Part shown: positions 1 through 7,168 of the stretch, piece after piece
Position numbering within the stretch: position 1 is the first letter of the stretch
Layout: every line of letters starts with the position of its first letter
Origin: an uncultured Candidatus Saccharibacteria bacterium
Lineage (GTDB): Bacteria; Patescibacteriota; Minisyncoccia; Phycocordibacterales; Phycocordibacteraceae
NCBI GenBank assembly: GCA_964507275.1
Contig: CAZDPG010000001.1
Location: 152,503-186,060 of the forward strand
DNA: 33,558 bases
Reading direction: 5' to 3'
Position numbers and translations under genes: made by a program
The notes under the pieces: model-generated
The model's input: the letters and a program-made list of their open reading frames with translations, nothing else
Databases searched by the model: none
What the model was told of the DNA's origin: nothing

Positions 1-327
1 CCTAAGGGGCGCGACACAATTATCTTGAAGGGGCTCGCATACAATGGCGCGACTACAACGCTCTCGTCAACCAATCTCTCGTACAAGTGGAGTATCGGGA
101 AGAATGATTCGTATCAAGTATTCGCTTCGTACCTGCGCGCCGCTTCCACTTCGCTTGAGTCGCATTATCGTCCCAGGAGGGATAAGACAAATATCATGAC
201 CAGGCCGCGAGAGCTTGATGATTCTGGGAATGACGATTCGGATATGCGACCAAAGAGACAAGTGGTGCCTGGCATGGTGATACCATATGTGACAACAGAG
301 AAGGGGAGTTTACTCATTAAGTATTAA
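1..327 (+). CDS. 3' end of a hypothetical protein (frame open from window start)
   Basis: Frame 1 has no stop from position 1 to TAA at 325-327, and the next gene starts at 333. No family recognised. Confidence 0.45.
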   Translation, partial: PKGRDTIILKGLAYNGATTTLSSTNLSYKWSIGKNDSYQVFASYLRAASTSLESHYRPRRDKTNIMTRPRELDDSGNDDSDMRPKRQVVPGMVIPYVTTEKGSLLIKY

Positions 328-332
328 ACAAG

Positions 333-737
333 ATGAAAACGAAATTAATTCAGATTGTTCCTGCGCTGGCCGCGCTTTTAGGGGTTGCATTTCTTTACTT
401 TAGTAGATGGTGCACCGAAACAATCCCCTCCTGTTACGGTTCTTGGATGGACCATATATATTTCTATTTTACCCAACCACTCTACTTCTTCGCACTCTAC
501 TCGCTCCCGCTCGTAGTCATCCTCATCTTTGTTTCGCGTCAGGTCTTCAGCTCGTGGCTCCGGCTCGCCGCGTGGGCGCTCCCGCTTGCGTTCCTTTTCA
601 TTGCGACCCAGCCAGTCGTCGCTTCTTTCCTCTCTACTGATCGAGACGATGCCGCACGTCTCGCCGCCATTCTCTTCACCGTAATCTCCCTTATCCTCAT
701 CACCTGGAAGTCCATCGCTCTTCGCCGAGCGGGCTAA
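333..737 (+). CDS. Small multi-pass membrane protein (about 4 TM), unknown function
   Basis: 134 aa with four hydrophobic segments and an ATG start 5 nt after the upstream stop. Confidence 0.75.
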   Translation: MKTKLIQIVPALAALLGVAFLYFSRWCTETIPSCYGSWMDHIYFYFTQPLYFFALYSLPLVVILIFVSRQVFSSWLRLAAWALPLAFLFIATQPVVASFLSTDRDDAARLAAILFTVISLILITWKSIALRRAG

Positions 738-877
738 GGGGGAGTAGGTCTTGACCGCCCGCAGGGTATGCTGTAGTATCTCTCAAATCGACCCATCTGG
801 GCCGATTTCGCGTTTTGTCGCGGCCCCTAGGGATGGCGGCAAGGCATGTACATTCAATCGAAAAGAGGAGTTCCACC

Positions 878-1153
878 ATGCACAAGAAGTCCACGTTGCA
901 ACTGATGATCGCTGGCGTTCTGGCCCACGTTGCCCTGGCCAAGGAAATGACACCCGCTCACGGCACCGGCCTCGACGGCAAGACCAAGGTCAAGAGCCTG
1001 CATCTCGGCGAATCCGCTGACCATCCGGGCAAGGTCCTGGTCCAGGATTCCGAAGGCAACAACATGATCACGACCGCTGACGAGCTCTTCGTGGCTGCTC
1101 AGATCGCCGCCGAGCAGAAGGGCTTCCGCATCACGGCAACCAAGATCGGCTGA
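878..1153 (+). CDS. Hypothetical protein (91 aa, MHKKST...)
   Basis: GAGGAG precedes ATG 878. Codons are strongly GC3-biased and a terminator follows. Confidence 0.65.
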   Translation: MHKKSTLQLMIAGVLAHVALAKEMTPAHGTGLDGKTKVKSLHLGESADHPGKVLVQDSEGNNMITTADELFVAAQIAAEQKGFRITATKIG

Positions 1154-1204
1154 CCGGCATCAGCCGGCGGCAATCGCGGGTAGGTAACTCCCCGCACCCA
1201 CTAC

Positions 1205-1244
1205 AACAGGCGACCCCTCCAAAAGGTCTGCCTGTTTTTATTTT
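1205..1244 (+). terminator. Intrinsic terminator
   Basis: AACAGGC-GACC...GGTC-TGCCTGTT stem followed by a T-rich tail. Confidence 0.65.
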
Positions 1245-1273
1245 CATACCGCTCGAAGTGCTAGACTTTAGTT

Positions 1274-1669
1274 ATGACCACCTACAACTGGTATTCGACA
1301 CTAATCAAGCCCATATGGTCGCCGCCGGTTTGGGTGTTCGGTCCTGTGTGGACGATGCTCTACATACTCATCGCCATTTCGTTCGGGAAGGTATTCCTGA
1401 TGGCGGTGCAGAGAGAATTGCCGCTTACGGCCGCACTGCCGTTTGCACTGAACCTCGTCTTCAACCTCTCCTTCACCTACTTCCAGTTCACCCTCCAGAA
1501 TAATCTCCTCGCTGCCGCTGACATCCTGCTCTGTCTCATCACGCTCATCTGGGCAATGATCGCCATCTTTCCGCACAAGCGCTGGATCACCCTCATCAAC
1601 ATTCCGTATCTGGCGTGGGTCAGTTTTGCCACCGTGCTCCAGCTCACGATTACGTATCTGAATTGGTAA
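1274..1669 (+). CDS. tspO: TspO/MBR family tryptophan-rich sensory protein
   Basis: WY..L.KP.W.PP.WVFGPVWT.LY and PYLAWVSFA motifs. Confidence 0.92.
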   Translation: MTTYNWYSTLIKPIWSPPVWVFGPVWTMLYILIAISFGKVFLMAVQRELPLTAALPFALNLVFNLSFTYFQFTLQNNLLAAADILLCLITLIWAMIAIFPHKRWITLINIPYLAWVSFATVLQLTITYLNW

Positions 1670-1729
1670 AACACGGTGGATAGACTCTATTCCGCATAAG
1701 GGGTAGACTTTGCCTGAAAAGGGAGACGT

Positions 1730-2077
1730 ATGAAAAACATAGCCAATCTAACAAAAAGAATAGTTGCCTTCAGGAATGCTCGTGACTGGAAACAATTCCA
1801 TAATCCCAAAGATCTCTCACTGTCTCTTGTGCTTGAGGCTACGGAAGTCATGGAGCACTTCCAGTGGAAGAGTAAAGAAGAAATGGAGAAGTATATTGTT
1901 GAAGCAAAGGTAGAAATAGGGGAGGAACTCGCAGATGTTTTGTACTGGGTTCTTCTAATGAGTCATGATTTGAAAATCGACGTACTTGGTGCGCTTGATG
2001 AAAAAATGAAAAAGAACGAGGCAAAGTATCCAGTTGAAAAAGCGAAAGGAAAGCATACGAAATACAACAAGCTATAG
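1730..2077 (+). CDS. MazG-like nucleotide pyrophosphohydrolase (dCTP pyrophosphatase-like)
   Basis: RDWKQFHNPKDL...LEATEVMEHFQW...EELADV...KYP signature. Confidence 0.9.
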   Translation: MKNIANLTKRIVAFRNARDWKQFHNPKDLSLSLVLEATEVMEHFQWKSKEEMEKYIVEAKVEIGEELADVLYWVLLMSHDLKIDVLGALDEKMKKNEAKYPVEKAKGKHTKYNKL

Positions 2078-2080
2078 GTC

Positions 2081-4396
2081 ATGATTGTTTATCAATCTAC
2101 AAAATTAGGGTTTTTGAACGATGCCTCAAATGGGATTGAAGATATTGTCAGAGACCGGGTGAGAGAAAAACTGAATATTGATATCAAAGTCGGGAGTAGC
2201 GAATACAATTCCTGGAAGAATTCTTTGGGAGACGCGATGTATAAGGTGATGCAGACCGATAAGATTCCGGATGATTCGGGCGTTGCGATTGAGTATTCCA
2301 TTCCCCGCACGAAGAACCGCATCGATTTTGTCATTACAGGCGAAGATGGGGAGGGGAAGGAAAAGGTGGTCATCATCGAGCTTAAACAGTGGACCGATAT
2401 TGAAAAGACCGATAAGGATGCCATTGTCACGACCCGGTTTAAGAATGGCTTAAGCGAGGAGCTCCATCCCTCGTACCAAGCATGGTCATATGCCACCCTT
2501 CTTTATGGGTTTAACGCTACTGTGTACGAAGAGGGAGTCGGGCTAGAGCCCTGTGCCTATTTGCATAATCATGTCGATCAGGACGTAATTCTAAGCCCTT
2601 TTTACGCTGATTATTTACAGAAGGCCCCAGCTTTCTGTAAAGGAGACAAAGAGAAACTACAGGATTTCATTGCAAAGTTTGTCAAACATGGAGAAAAGAG
2701 AAATACGCTTTATCGAATTGATCACGGAGAAATCCGCCCATCGAAGAATCTCGCCGACAGTCTGGCGTCAATGCTCAAGGGTAATGAGGAATTCGTGATG
2801 ATAGACGAGCAAAAGGTCGTATACGAGATGGCACTTTCTCTGACGAAGAAGTCATCGAAAGCAAACAAGAACGTGCTTATTGTTGAGGGTGGACCAGGTA
2901 CCGGGAAATCGGTCGTGGCAATTAATCTTCTCGTTGCAATTACTAAGCTCGGACTTAATACACAATATGTGACGAAGAACGCTGCACCGCGTGGAGTGTT
3001 CGAGGCGAAGCTTGCGGGTACGTTTAAGAAGTCGCAAGTATCAAATTTCTTCACAGGATCTGGCTCTTTTGTTGGGGAAGAAGAGAGTGTATTCGATGCG
3101 CTTATTGTAGATGAGGCCCACCGGCTCAATAAGAAATCAGGAATGTTCAAAAATCTTGGTGAGAATCAAGTCAAAGAAATCATCAATGCGGCAAAATGCT
3201 CGATATTCTTCATAGACGAGGATCAAAAAGTCACTTGGCATGATATCGGGAAGAAAGAAGAAATTGAGTGGTGGGCCAGTAAAATTGGAGCACGAGTCCA
3301 GAATCTTAAACTCGAGTCACAGTTTCGTTGCAATGGTTCGGATGGTTACTTGTCTTGGCTCGACAATATCTTGTGCATAGAAGATACGGCCAATACCACC
3401 CTAGAAGGTATAGATTATGATTTCAAAGTCGTTGACTCTCCAAATGAATTGAGAGATATAATTTTCGAGAAAAATAAAGCCACGAATAAAGCACGTCTTG
3501 TCGCTGGATATTGTTGGGATTGGGTAAGTAAGAAGGACAAGAGCCTAAACGATATTGTTATCCCTGAATATGACTTTGGGATGAAGTGGAATCTTGCGAG
3601 CGACGGGAATGTCTGGATTATCTCGCCGAAGTCTGTAAACGAAGTCGGATGTATCCATACATGCCAAGGTCTCGAGGTCGATTATATAGGGGTTATCGTC
3701 GGGGATGATTTTGTTGTGCGCGATGGAGAAGTGATCACTAATCCAAGAAAACGAGCGAAGACCGATGCTTCATTGAAGGGGTATAAAAAAGAACTGAGGG
3801 AAGATCCAGACTTTGCTACCGAAAAAGCTGATGCGATTATAAAAAATACGTACCGAACTCTCATGACTCGAGGTATGAGGGGGTGCTACGTGTATTTCAC
3901 AGATAAAGAGACAGCAGACTACTTTAAGGACAGGATCGGTGGAATGGCGAGTTACCAGAAATACTTTACACCTGTTTTGTCGCCAATTACTGTAGATATG
4001 ATTCGCGTGCCGCTCGTTGGCTCTGCGCCTTGTGGCAACCCGCTGGTCGGTGAGCAAAATATCGAGGAGTACGTCTTGGTTGAAAAGTCTAAAATAAAAG
4101 CAGGTTTCAAATATTTTATACTTAGGGCCGAAGGTGATTCTATGAACCTCGCTGGTATAAATGACGGAGATTTCGTTCTCTGTCGTCTGCAGGAAAAAGC
4201 CGACACGGGCGATCGAGTCATTGCTCTCCTGGGTGGAGAAAACGTCACTATTAAAGAATATGGTCCACGAGAAGATGGGATTCGGTTGTTGATTCCCAAG
4301 AGTACAAATAAAAAGCACATGCCGATAACACCGGAGGAGGGCGACAGTGTGCAGGGTGTGGTTCAAGAAGTTATCGAACCAACCGATAGCCATTGA
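2081..4396 (+). CDS. DUF2075 (Schlafen group 3-like) nuclease-helicase with C-terminal S24 LexA/UmuD-type peptidase
   Basis: PD-(D/E)xK-like E..RID..IIELKQW, Walker A GGPGTGKS, Walker B IVDEAHRL, QFRC, HTCQGLE and LMTRG. The C-terminus has VPLVGSAPCGNP, GDSM and TIK. Confidence 0.88.
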   Translation: MIVYQSTKLGFLNDASNGIEDIVRDRVREKLNIDIKVGSSEYNSWKNSLGDAMYKVMQTDKIPDDSGVAIEYSIPRTKNRIDFVITGEDGEGKEKVVIIELKQWTDIEKTDKDAIVTTRFKNGLSEELHPSYQAWSYATLLYGFNATVYEEGVGLEPCAYLHNHVDQDVILSPFYADYLQKAPAFCKGDKEKLQDFIAKFVKHGEKRNTLYRIDHGEIRPSKNLADSLASMLKGNEEFVMIDEQKVVYEMALSLTKKSSKANKNVLIVEGGPGTGKSVVAINLLVAITKLGLNTQYVTKNAAPRGVFEAKLAGTFKKSQVSNFFTGSGSFVGEEESVFDALIVDEAHRLNKKSGMFKNLGENQVKEIINAAKCSIFFIDEDQKVTWHDIGKKEEIEWWASKIGARVQNLKLESQFRCNGSDGYLSWLDNILCIEDTANTTLEGIDYDFKVVDSPNELRDIIFEKNKATNKARLVAGYCWDWVSKKDKSLNDIVIPEYDFGMKWNLASDGNVWIISPKSVNEVGCIHTCQGLEVDYIGVIVGDDFVVRDGEVITNPRKRAKTDASLKGYKKELREDPDFATEKADAIIKNTYRTLMTRGMRGCYVYFTDKETADYFKDRIGGMASYQKYFTPVLSPITVDMIRVPLVGSAPCGNPLVGEQNIEEYVLVEKSKIKAGFKYFILRAEGDSMNLAGINDGDFVLCRLQEKADTGDRVIALLGGENVTIKEYGPREDGIRLLIPKSTNKKHMPITPEEGDSVQGVVQEVIEPTDSH

Positions 4397-4428
4397 CGAA
4401 CCCCCGTATCCGATCAAGGATCGGGTAT

Positions 4429-4632
4429 ATGGATACGGAGACCAAGAGGTTCCCTCAGCATGCCTGTCAGCATTGCGGGTCAGAACGCAAACTGGTCGAA
4501 ACGCTTATAGATGACGAATTCGTCTGGAACGAATATCGGCTACAATATGAGCCGAACAAGTTTACCGACGATTTCGAACATACTGGCAATGATCGCTGCG
4601 CCCAATGCGGAAGGGAATGGACGGGTATATGA
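4429..4632 (+). CDS. Small zinc-ribbon-like protein
   Basis: CQHC...CAQC pair in 67 aa. ATG 4429 is preferred over TTG 4393. Confidence 0.6.
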   Translation: MDTETKRFPQHACQHCGSERKLVETLIDDEFVWNEYRLQYEPNKFTDDFEHTGNDRCAQCGREWTGI

Positions 4633-4711
4633 AAATAGGGAGAAAAGTCTCCATAACGTGCTTAAAATGATTGATCTGTCTTGATAAGTTAGTAATGTTC
4701 ACAATCCACAT

Positions 4712-4739
4712 TTGACGTAGTGTTTCAGGCGTATATAAT
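4712..4739 (+). promoter_or_regulatory. Sigma70-like promoter of the mini-HTH/HEPN operon
   Basis: TTGACG-16 nt-TATAAT, about 40 nt upstream of ATG 4779. Confidence 0.7.
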
Positions 4740-4778
4740 GGGTACGCGGTCGGCTCATTTTACTTAACAATCAATTTT

Positions 4779-5000
4779 ATGATCAAGAATCCCTCTACAG
4801 ATACATCGAAAATTGAGAAAAAGATGAATATCATCATTTCTCTCCTCTCAAAAATCGCTAACAACGGTAGCGACTCTACCCTCAAGGAGCAAATACTCAG
4901 TCTTGCTTCTTTCGGCCTCTCGTCCTCAGAAATCGCGGAAATTGTGGGCAAGACAGTCGGTCACGTGAGCAAGGAGCTTTCGATTAACAAAAAAAGATAA
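4779..5000 (+). CDS. Mini HTH protein A (73 aa)
   Basis: Amphipathic N-terminal helix, then FGLSSSEIAEIVGKTVGHVSKELS. Confidence 0.85.
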   Translation: MIKNPSTDTSKIEKKMNIIISLLSKIANNGSDSTLKEQILSLASFGLSSSEIAEIVGKTVGHVSKELSINKKR

Positions 5001-5010
5001 CATATAACAT

Positions 5011-5226
5011 ATGGAAAATAGCGACATCCTCAAAGAGATCTCAAAGAAACTCAGCATCTTAATTGCTCTAGAATTGCAGGGCGAGAATGGAGTGGAAGTC
5101 AAAGAAAATGTAATAAAGCTCACTCGTTTTGGTCTCGGCACATCGGAGATTGCCGATATTCTCGGTACCACCCCGGGTACGGTACAGGTCGCCAAGGCCC
5201 GTATTAAGAAGTCTAAGGCAAAATAG
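5011..5226 (+). CDS. Mini HTH protein B (71 aa)
   Basis: ISKKLSILIAL helix, then FGLGTSEIADILGTTPGTVQV. Clearly similar to protein A. Confidence 0.85.
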   Translation: MENSDILKEISKKLSILIALELQGENGVEVKENVIKLTRFGLGTSEIADILGTTPGTVQVAKARIKKSKAK

Positions 5227-5228
5227 TC

Positions 5229-5411
5229 ATGGAAACAAAAAGTCTCGAAGACAAAATCGATAGACTACAGACATCCATTGATACTCTGGCTCTGATAGAG
5301 TTTTGCAAACTCGGAGCAAAACGAGATCAGGTCCGAGATGTATTTGGCACCCTCGATAACAACTTATTTGCGAAAGTGAATAAGATTATTAATCCGAAGG
5401 ATAAGAAATAA
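5229..5411 (+). CDS. Mini HTH-like protein C (60 aa, divergent)
   Basis: Same layout (helix, then LGAKRDQVRDVFG, basic tail) with 2-nt gaps to both neighbours. Confidence 0.75.
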   Translation: METKSLEDKIDRLQTSIDTLALIEFCKLGAKRDQVRDVFGTLDNNLFAKVNKIINPKDKK

Positions 5412-5413
5412 TC

Positions 5414-5605
5414 ATGACGAACGAAAATACAAAGACTGGGAAGAAACTCTCGATAGACGATCGCGTCATCGACATCCTCGAGCGCTTTGCGGCGGCGAGC
5501 CTGTATATGACTACAGAACTCAAACAGATCGATATTGCAAAGGTTCTTGGAATGGGGAATGATCGCATTAATCAAATCCTGAAAGGGATAAGTAAACAAA
5601 AATAA
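5414..5605 (+). CDS. Mini HTH protein D (63 aa)
   Basis: LKQIDIAKVLGMGNDRINQILK HTH pattern. Confidence 0.82.
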   Translation: MTNENTKTGKKLSIDDRVIDILERFAAASLYMTTELKQIDIAKVLGMGNDRINQILKGISKQK

Positions 5606-5606
5606 T

Positions 5607-5768
5607 ATGGCAAGAAAAAAGAGCGAAAAGCTAGAACCATTGGAGGAGATTAAACGTCTGCTCGTTCTTGGGCTTGTTAATCAAGGTGTGAAAGGTAAAG
5701 ATATTGCTGCAATGCTTGAAGTCGACCCAGCGGTTATTAGTCGGTTGATTTCGTCGACCAAAAAATAG
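5607..5768 (+). CDS. Mini HTH protein E (53 aa; not in ORF track)
   Basis: Hand translation MARKKSEKLEPLEEIKRLLVLGLVNQGVKGKDIAAMLEVDPAVISRLISSTKK fills the gap between D and the HEPN gene exactly. Confidence 0.82.
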   Translation: MARKKSEKLEPLEEIKRLLVLGLVNQGVKGKDIAAMLEVDPAVISRLISSTKK

Positions 5769-5771
5769 AAT

Positions 5772-6473
5772 ATGGCACGACGCCTCGACCCAAAATTATT
5801 GGAGAAGCTTGCAAAGAAAATCGGCAAGCCAGTGAAATATACGCGTGAGCAGAATTCTAAACGCGCCACAAGAACGGGTGTCTCTTCTGAGGCGTATTTT
5901 CTACATTGGTTGAAGGAGGAAAAAATTGGTTTTCAGACGTATAAACGGTCGTTACCAACGGATGTTCAAAACGAAGCGAGAGTGCTTTCTGTGTCTTCTA
6001 GGACGGCCCCCACGACTCAAGATAATCATGTAGTGCGTAGTGAGACTATCACTGCCTCGTCGCGATACATAGACTTATTGGAGATAGTTCAAGACGATGA
6101 ACTTCGAGATAGATGTGCAGATCTTATAAAACGACCGAGGAATCACGATCGAGTTTTTCGCGAAGCGACAACGCTTCTTGAGCATCGCATTAAAACCCTG
6201 AGTGGTATTACTCAGAGGATGAACCCACAAGCATTGATTGGTAAGGTAATTGCGCCTAATCCAACACTAGCGATTTTAGTTGTTAGTAGTGAGCCGAGCG
6301 AACAGGAAGGCTTCTTTAAGATTTGTTCAGGAATTGAAGCGGCGTTTCGAAACAGAACCCATCATGAGGTTTCAAATAGACTCACCCGAAACGACGCGAT
6401 AAAGTTTTGTGGTTTTGTTGATTCGCTCCTTTTGATTCTCGCTAATGCAGAAGTGCATCAGGAACGTATTTAA
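5772..6473 (+). CDS. TIGR02391/Ymh-like HEPN-domain protein with basic helical N-terminal domain
   Basis: VFREA..LLE.RI..LSG, SEQEGF, G...AFRNRTHH (RNxxxH HEPN motif) and DA...GFVD.LL. Confidence 0.8.
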   Translation: MARRLDPKLLEKLAKKIGKPVKYTREQNSKRATRTGVSSEAYFLHWLKEEKIGFQTYKRSLPTDVQNEARVLSVSSRTAPTTQDNHVVRSETITASSRYIDLLEIVQDDELRDRCADLIKRPRNHDRVFREATTLLEHRIKTLSGITQRMNPQALIGKVIAPNPTLAILVVSSEPSEQEGFFKICSGIEAAFRNRTHHEVSNRLTRNDAIKFCGFVDSLLLILANAEVHQERI

Positions 6474-6514
6474 TTCCATGCAGTGAGATAAATAAAGAAA
6501 TCAACGATTTTGGA

Positions 6515-6554
6515 AAGAGCAGAATGACAGGACTAGTTCTGTCATTCTGCTCTT
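6515..6554. repeat. Long palindrome, copy 1
   Basis: AAGAGCAGAATGACAG-gactagtt-CTGTCATTCTGCTCTT. Confidence 0.9.
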
Positions 6555-6635
6555 GGCGAGGCAGGAAGGGCGAGAGAAGGGATGCCCGCCGCCGCTGCGG
6601 CGGGTGAGGTTGGGATGGACGCGCGCGGACAAATT

Positions 6636-6670
6636 TAAAAACGCCGCTTCGTATCGAAGTGGTGTTTTTA
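6636..6670. terminator. Bidirectional intrinsic terminator
   Basis: AAAAACGCCGCTTCG-tat-CGAAGTGGTGTTTTT between convergent genes. Confidence 0.7.
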
Positions 6671-6677
6671 ATTTGCT

Positions 6678-6983
6678 TTAGACGAGTTCGATTCTCTTGC
6701 CGAAGACGGCAGCCATCTTACCAAGCGTGTCGAGAGAGATACCTCGCGTGCCGCTCTCGATACGAGCGATGACGGACTGTGGCATCCCGACTCGATCAGC
6801 GACCATCTTCTGTGTGAGTCGCTTTGCCGATCGGAGCTCGCGGAGCTTCTGAGCGAATCGAAGTTGAACGAGCTCCTCGTCATAGGCCTGCTTGAACACC
6901 GCGCTTTTAGATGATGCGTGGACTACCTGCTCGAGAGAGTGCCATTTGAGTTTTATTTCCTTTTTAGTTTTTGCGCTTTTCAT
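6678..6983 (-). CDS. XRE-family HTH protein (HigA-like antitoxin)
   Basis: FKQAYDE...LRELR...LTQKMVADRVGMPQSVIARIESG...SLDTL. Start reassigned to ATG 6983. Confidence 0.88.
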   Translation of the reverse strand: MKSAKTKKEIKLKWHSLEQVVHASSKSAVFKQAYDEELVQLRFAQKLRELRSAKRLTQKMVADRVGMPQSVIARIESGTRGISLDTLGKMAAVFGKRIELV

Positions 6984-7059
6984 GGTGGTTGTGTGGTGTA
7001 TTTTTATTTCGCGCTTTTTCAATCTCACGTAGGGGTGTCTTCTGATTCTTTTTGAGAAT
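6964..7059 (-). pseudogene. C-terminal remnant of a RelE/HigB (Gp49-like) toxin
   Basis: Hand translation ILKKNQKTPLREIEKARNK...* matches the KK.QKTP..EI..A tail of this family. It has no start codon and overlaps the antitoxin start. Confidence 0.7.
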
Positions 7060-7086
7060 ATAGCAAAACTGCTATATTACTGTCAA
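7057..7086 (-). promoter_or_regulatory. TA promoter with palindromic operator
   Basis: Minus strand TTGACA-18 nt-TATATT (TGn extended), overlapped by AATATAGC-n6-GCTATATT (7057-7078). Confidence 0.65.
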
Positions 7087-7099
7087 TGCCGGCTGGGGA

Positions 7100-7135
7100 T
7101 AGCAGAATGACAGGACTCGTCCTGTCATTCTGCTA
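7100..7135. repeat. Long palindrome, copy 2
   Basis: TAGCAGAATGACAGGAC-tc-GTCCTGTCATTCTGCTA, same core as 6515-6554. Confidence 0.9.
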
Positions 7136-7168
7136 GGGGTGAGGCGGGGGGGGGTAGAATAAGACCAT

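Larger units (their letters stand above)
1700..6510. other. AT-richer accessory, defence-like island (boundaries approximate)
   Basis: Visibly lower GC and different codon usage from the flanks. Content is MazG-like, nuclease-helicase, HTH array and HEPN genes. Confidence 0.6.

Noticed and set aside
3770-4417. 215-aa minus-strand ORF
   Set aside because: Antisense to the motif-rich S24 region and has no recognisable features.
5681-5869. 62-aa minus-strand ORF in the HTH operon
   Set aside because: Shadow of the plus-strand 5607-5768 and 5772 genes, which fit the operon spacing.
6515-7135. Palindrome pair as a CRISPR array or integron attC sites
   Set aside because: Only two copies about 585 nt apart, with no cas or integron integrase in view and none of the extrahelical bases typical of attC.
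7141-7154. G homopolymer upstream of tfoX as a slippage switch
   Set aside because: A single short run just upstream of the -10 box, with no evidence of length variation from one sequence.
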